64,000 nt of DNA. Source: the human T2T-CHM13v2.0 reference genome, Homo sapiens. This document shows, one piece after another, positions 60,841 through 64,000 of the stretch. The first letter of the stretch is position 1, and each line of letters begins with the position of its first letter. Location of the stretch: assembly GCF_009914755.1 (NCBI RefSeq), contig NC_060925.1. One strand, given 5' to 3'. The translations under genes and the position numbers were made by a program. The notes beneath the pieces are model-generated. The model ran no database searches. It was not told the origin of the DNA and saw only the letters and a list, made by a program, of their open reading frames with translations.

Positions 60841-63800
60841 CAAATGGAATCGAATGTAATCCTCATCAAATGGAATCAAAAATAACCATCATCAATTGGT
60901 ATTGAATGGAATTGTCATCAAATGGAATTCAAAGGAATCATCATCAAATGGAACCGAATGGAATCCTCATTGAATGGAAATGAAAGGGGTCATCATCTAA
61001 TGGAATCGCATGGAATCATCATCAAATGGAATCGAATGGAATCATTGAACAGAATTGAATGGAATCGTCATCGAATGAATTGAATGCAATCATCGAATGG
61101 TCTCGAATGGAATCATCTTCTAATGGAAAGGAATGGAATCATCGCATAGAATCGAATGGAATTATCATCGAATGGAATCGAATGGTATCAACATCAAACG
61201 GAAAAAAACGGAATTATCGAATGGAATCGAAGAGAATCTTCGAACGGACCCGAATGGAATCATCTAATGGAATGGAATGGAATAATCCATGGACTCGAAT
61301 GCAATCATCATCGAATGGAATGGAATGGAATCATCGAATGGACTCGAATGGAATAATCATTGAACGGAATCGAATGGAATCATCATCGGATGGAAACGAA
61401 TGGAATCATCATCGAATGGAAATGAAAGGAGTCATCATCTAATGGAATTGCATGGAATCATCATAAAATGGAATCGAATGGAATCAACATCAAATGGAAT
61501 CAAATGGAATCATTGAACGGAATTGAATGGAATCGTCATCGAATGAATTGACTGCAATCATCGAATGGTCTCGAATGGAATCATCTTCAAATGGAATGGA
61601 ATGGAATCATCGCATAGAATCGAATGGAATTATCATCGAATGGAATCGAATGGAATCAACATCAAACGGAAAAAAACGGAATTATCGAATGGAATCGAAG
61701 AGAATCATCGAATGGACCCGAATGGAATCATCTAATGGAATGAAATGGAATAATCCATGGACTCGAATGCAATCATCATCGAATGGAATCGAATGGAATC
61801 ATCGAATGGACTCGAATGGAGTAATCATTGAACGGAATCGAATGGAATCATCATCGGATGGAAATGAATGGAATCATCATCGAATGGAATCGAATAGAAT
61901 TATGGAATGAAATCCAGTGTGATCATCATCGAATGGACCCGAATGGAATCATCATCCAACGGAAGCTAATGGAATCAACATCGAATGAATCGAATGGAAA
62001 CACCATCGAATTGAAACGAATGGAATTATCATGAAATTGAAATGGATGGACTCATCATCGAATGGATTCGAATGGAATCATCGAATAAAATTGATTGAAA
62101 TCATCATCCAATGGAATCGAATGGTATCATTGAATGGAATCGAATGGAATCATCATCAGATGGAAATGAATGGAATCGTCATAGAATGGAATCGAATGGA
62201 TTCATTGAATGGAATCAGATGGAATCATCGAATGGACTGGAATGGAATCATTGAATGGACTCGAAAGGGATCATTATTGAATGGAATTGAATGGAATCAT
62301 CGAATGGTCTCGATTGGAATCATTATCAAATGGAATCGAATGGAATCACGGAATAGAATCGAATGGAACAATCATCGAATGGACTCAAATGGAATTATCC
62401 TCCAATGGAATCGAATGGAATTATCGAATGCAATCGAATGGAATTATCGAATGCAATCGAATAGAATCATCGAATGGACTCGAATGGAATCATCGAATGG
62501 AATGGAATGGAACAGTCAATGAACTCGAATGGAATCATCATTGAATGGAATCGAATGGAATCATCGAGTGGAATCGAATGGAATTATGATCAAATGGAAC
62601 CGAATGTAATCCTCATCAAATGGAATCAAAAATAACCATCATCAATTGGTATTGAATGGAATTGTCATCAAATGGAATTCAAAGGAATCATCATCAAATG
62701 GAACCGAATGGAATCCTCATTGAATGGAAATGAAAGGGGTCATCATCTAATGGAATCGCATGGAATCATCATCAAATGGAATCGAATGGAATCATCATCA
62801 AATGGAATCTAATGGAATCATTGAACAGAATTGAATGGAATCGTCATCGAATGAATTGAATGCAATCATCGAATGGTCTCGAATGGAATCATCTTCTAAT
62901 GGAAAGGAATGGAATCATCGCATAGAATCGAATGGAATTATCATCGAATGGAATCGAATGGTATCAACACCAAACGGAAAAAAACGGAATTATCGAATGG
63001 AATCGAAGAGAATCTTCGAATGGACCCGAATGGAATCATCTAATGGAATGGAATGGAATAATCCATGGACTCGAATGCAATCATCATCGAATGGAATCGA
63101 ATGGAATCATCGAATGGACTCGAATGGAATAATCATTGAACGGAATCGAATGGAATCATCATCGGATGGAAACGAATGGAATCATCATCGAATGGAAATG
63201 AAAGGAGTCATCATCTAATGGAATTGCATGGAATCATCATAAAATGGAATCGAATGGAATCAACATCAAATGGAATCAAATGGAATCATTGAACGGAATT
63301 GAATGAAATCGTCATCGAATGAATTGAATGCAATCATCGAATGGTCTCGAATGGAATCATCTTCAAATGGAATGGAATGGAATCATCGCATAGAATCGAA
63401 TGGAATTATCATCGAATGGAATCGAATGGAATCAACATCAAACGGAAAAAAAAGTAATTATCGAATGGAATCGAAGAGAATCATCGAATGGACCCGAATG
63501 GAATCATCTAATGGAATGGAATGGAATAATCCATGGACTCGAATGCAATCATCATCGAATGGAATCGAATGGAATCATCGAATGGACTCGAATGGAATAA
63601 TCATTGAACGGAATCGAATGGAATCATCATCGGATGGAAATGAATGGAATCATCATCGAATGGAATCGAATAGAATTATGGAATGAAATCCAGTGTGATC
63701 ATCATCGAATGGACCCGAATGGAATCATCATCCAACGGAAGCTAATGGAATCAACATCGAATGAATCAAATGGAAACACCATCGAATTGAAACGAATGGA

Positions 63801-64000
63801 ATTATCATGAAATTGAAATGGATGGACTCATCATCGAATGGATTCGAATGGAATCATCGAATAAAATTGATTGAAATCATCATCGAATGGAATCGAATGG
63901 TATCATTGAATGGAATCGAATGGAATCATCATCAGATGGAAATGAATGGAATCGTCATAGAATGGAATCGAATGGATTCATTGAATGGAATCAGATGGAA

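Larger units (their letters stand above)
1..64000 (+). repeat. Human satellite 2 (HSat2/HSATII) array, GGAAT/CGAAT strand on +, probably the 1q12 1.77-kb family
   Basis: The entire window consists of GAATGGAATC/ATCATCGAATGG motifs (reverse complement CATTCGATTC, the HSat2 signature rather than the pure CATTC runs of HSat3), with dense TCGA sites. There is no unique sequence or inversion. A 1.77-kb period with one EcoRI site per unit is the established hallmark of the chr1q12 satellite (pUC1.77/D1Z1). Confidence 0.97.
1053..64000 (+). repeat. Tandem 1,776-bp repeat units (~35 copies)
   Basis: Equivalent ORF starts fall at 2474, 4250, 6026, 7802, 9578, 11354 and onward to 62835, spaced 1,776 bp (1,777 where a T is inserted, 1,750 once). 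Single-copy landmarks per unit are GAATTC (2314), AAATCCAGTGTGATC, GGAACAGTCAATG and CAAAAATAACC. Confidence 0.98.

Noticed and set aside
83-63810. Numerous + strand ORFs (60-163 aa, MESSSNG/IEWNHRM-rich)
   Set aside because: These are direct translations of GAATGGAATC repeats. They overlap in several frames, are freely broken by stops and frameshifts between copies, and show no recognisable domain or gene context.
1-64000. CRISPR-like or other repeat-spacer system
   Set aside because: There are no unique spacers; sequence between motifs is the same satellite, and no cas-like genes are present.
1-64000. HSat3, alpha satellite or telomeric repeat assignment
   Set aside because: GGAAT runs are short (about three copies) and interspersed with CGAAT and ATCATC. 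There is no 171-bp monomer and no TTAGGG array.
1-64000. Embedded transposon, inversion or foreign insert
   Set aside because: Unit spacing is accounted for continuously from 1166 to the end (1,776, 1,777 or 1,750), leaving no room for an insert. No CATTC-strand segment, poly(A) tail or Alu/L1 sequence was seen.

Overview
The whole 64 kb window is one uninterrupted, single-orientation array of human satellite 2 (HSat2/HSATII). It is built from diverged GGAAT/CGAAT pentamers with ATC/ATCATC spacers, giving 23-26 bp sub-repeats. These form about 35 tandem units of 1,776 bp, each with one EcoRI site, matching the 1.77-kb satellite of chromosome 1q12 pericentromeric heterochromatin (the chromosome assignment is inferred). 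I found no genes, RNA genes, transposons or CRISPR arrays; all listed ORFs are translations of the repeat. I do not see a new gene system. What is worth attention is the layered architecture readable from shared variants. Each unit holds a 468-bp internal duplication. Units group into a 3,552-bp dimer nested in a 10,657-bp six-unit higher-order repeat present four times. These sit in a ~26.6-kb tandem duplication whose copies differ by exactly one unit. There is also a structurally different left edge (stacked 468-bp subunits and a 147-bp duplication), a clustered-mutation tract, mosaic units and a 26-bp deletion. All alignments were done by eye and from ORF-track offsets.
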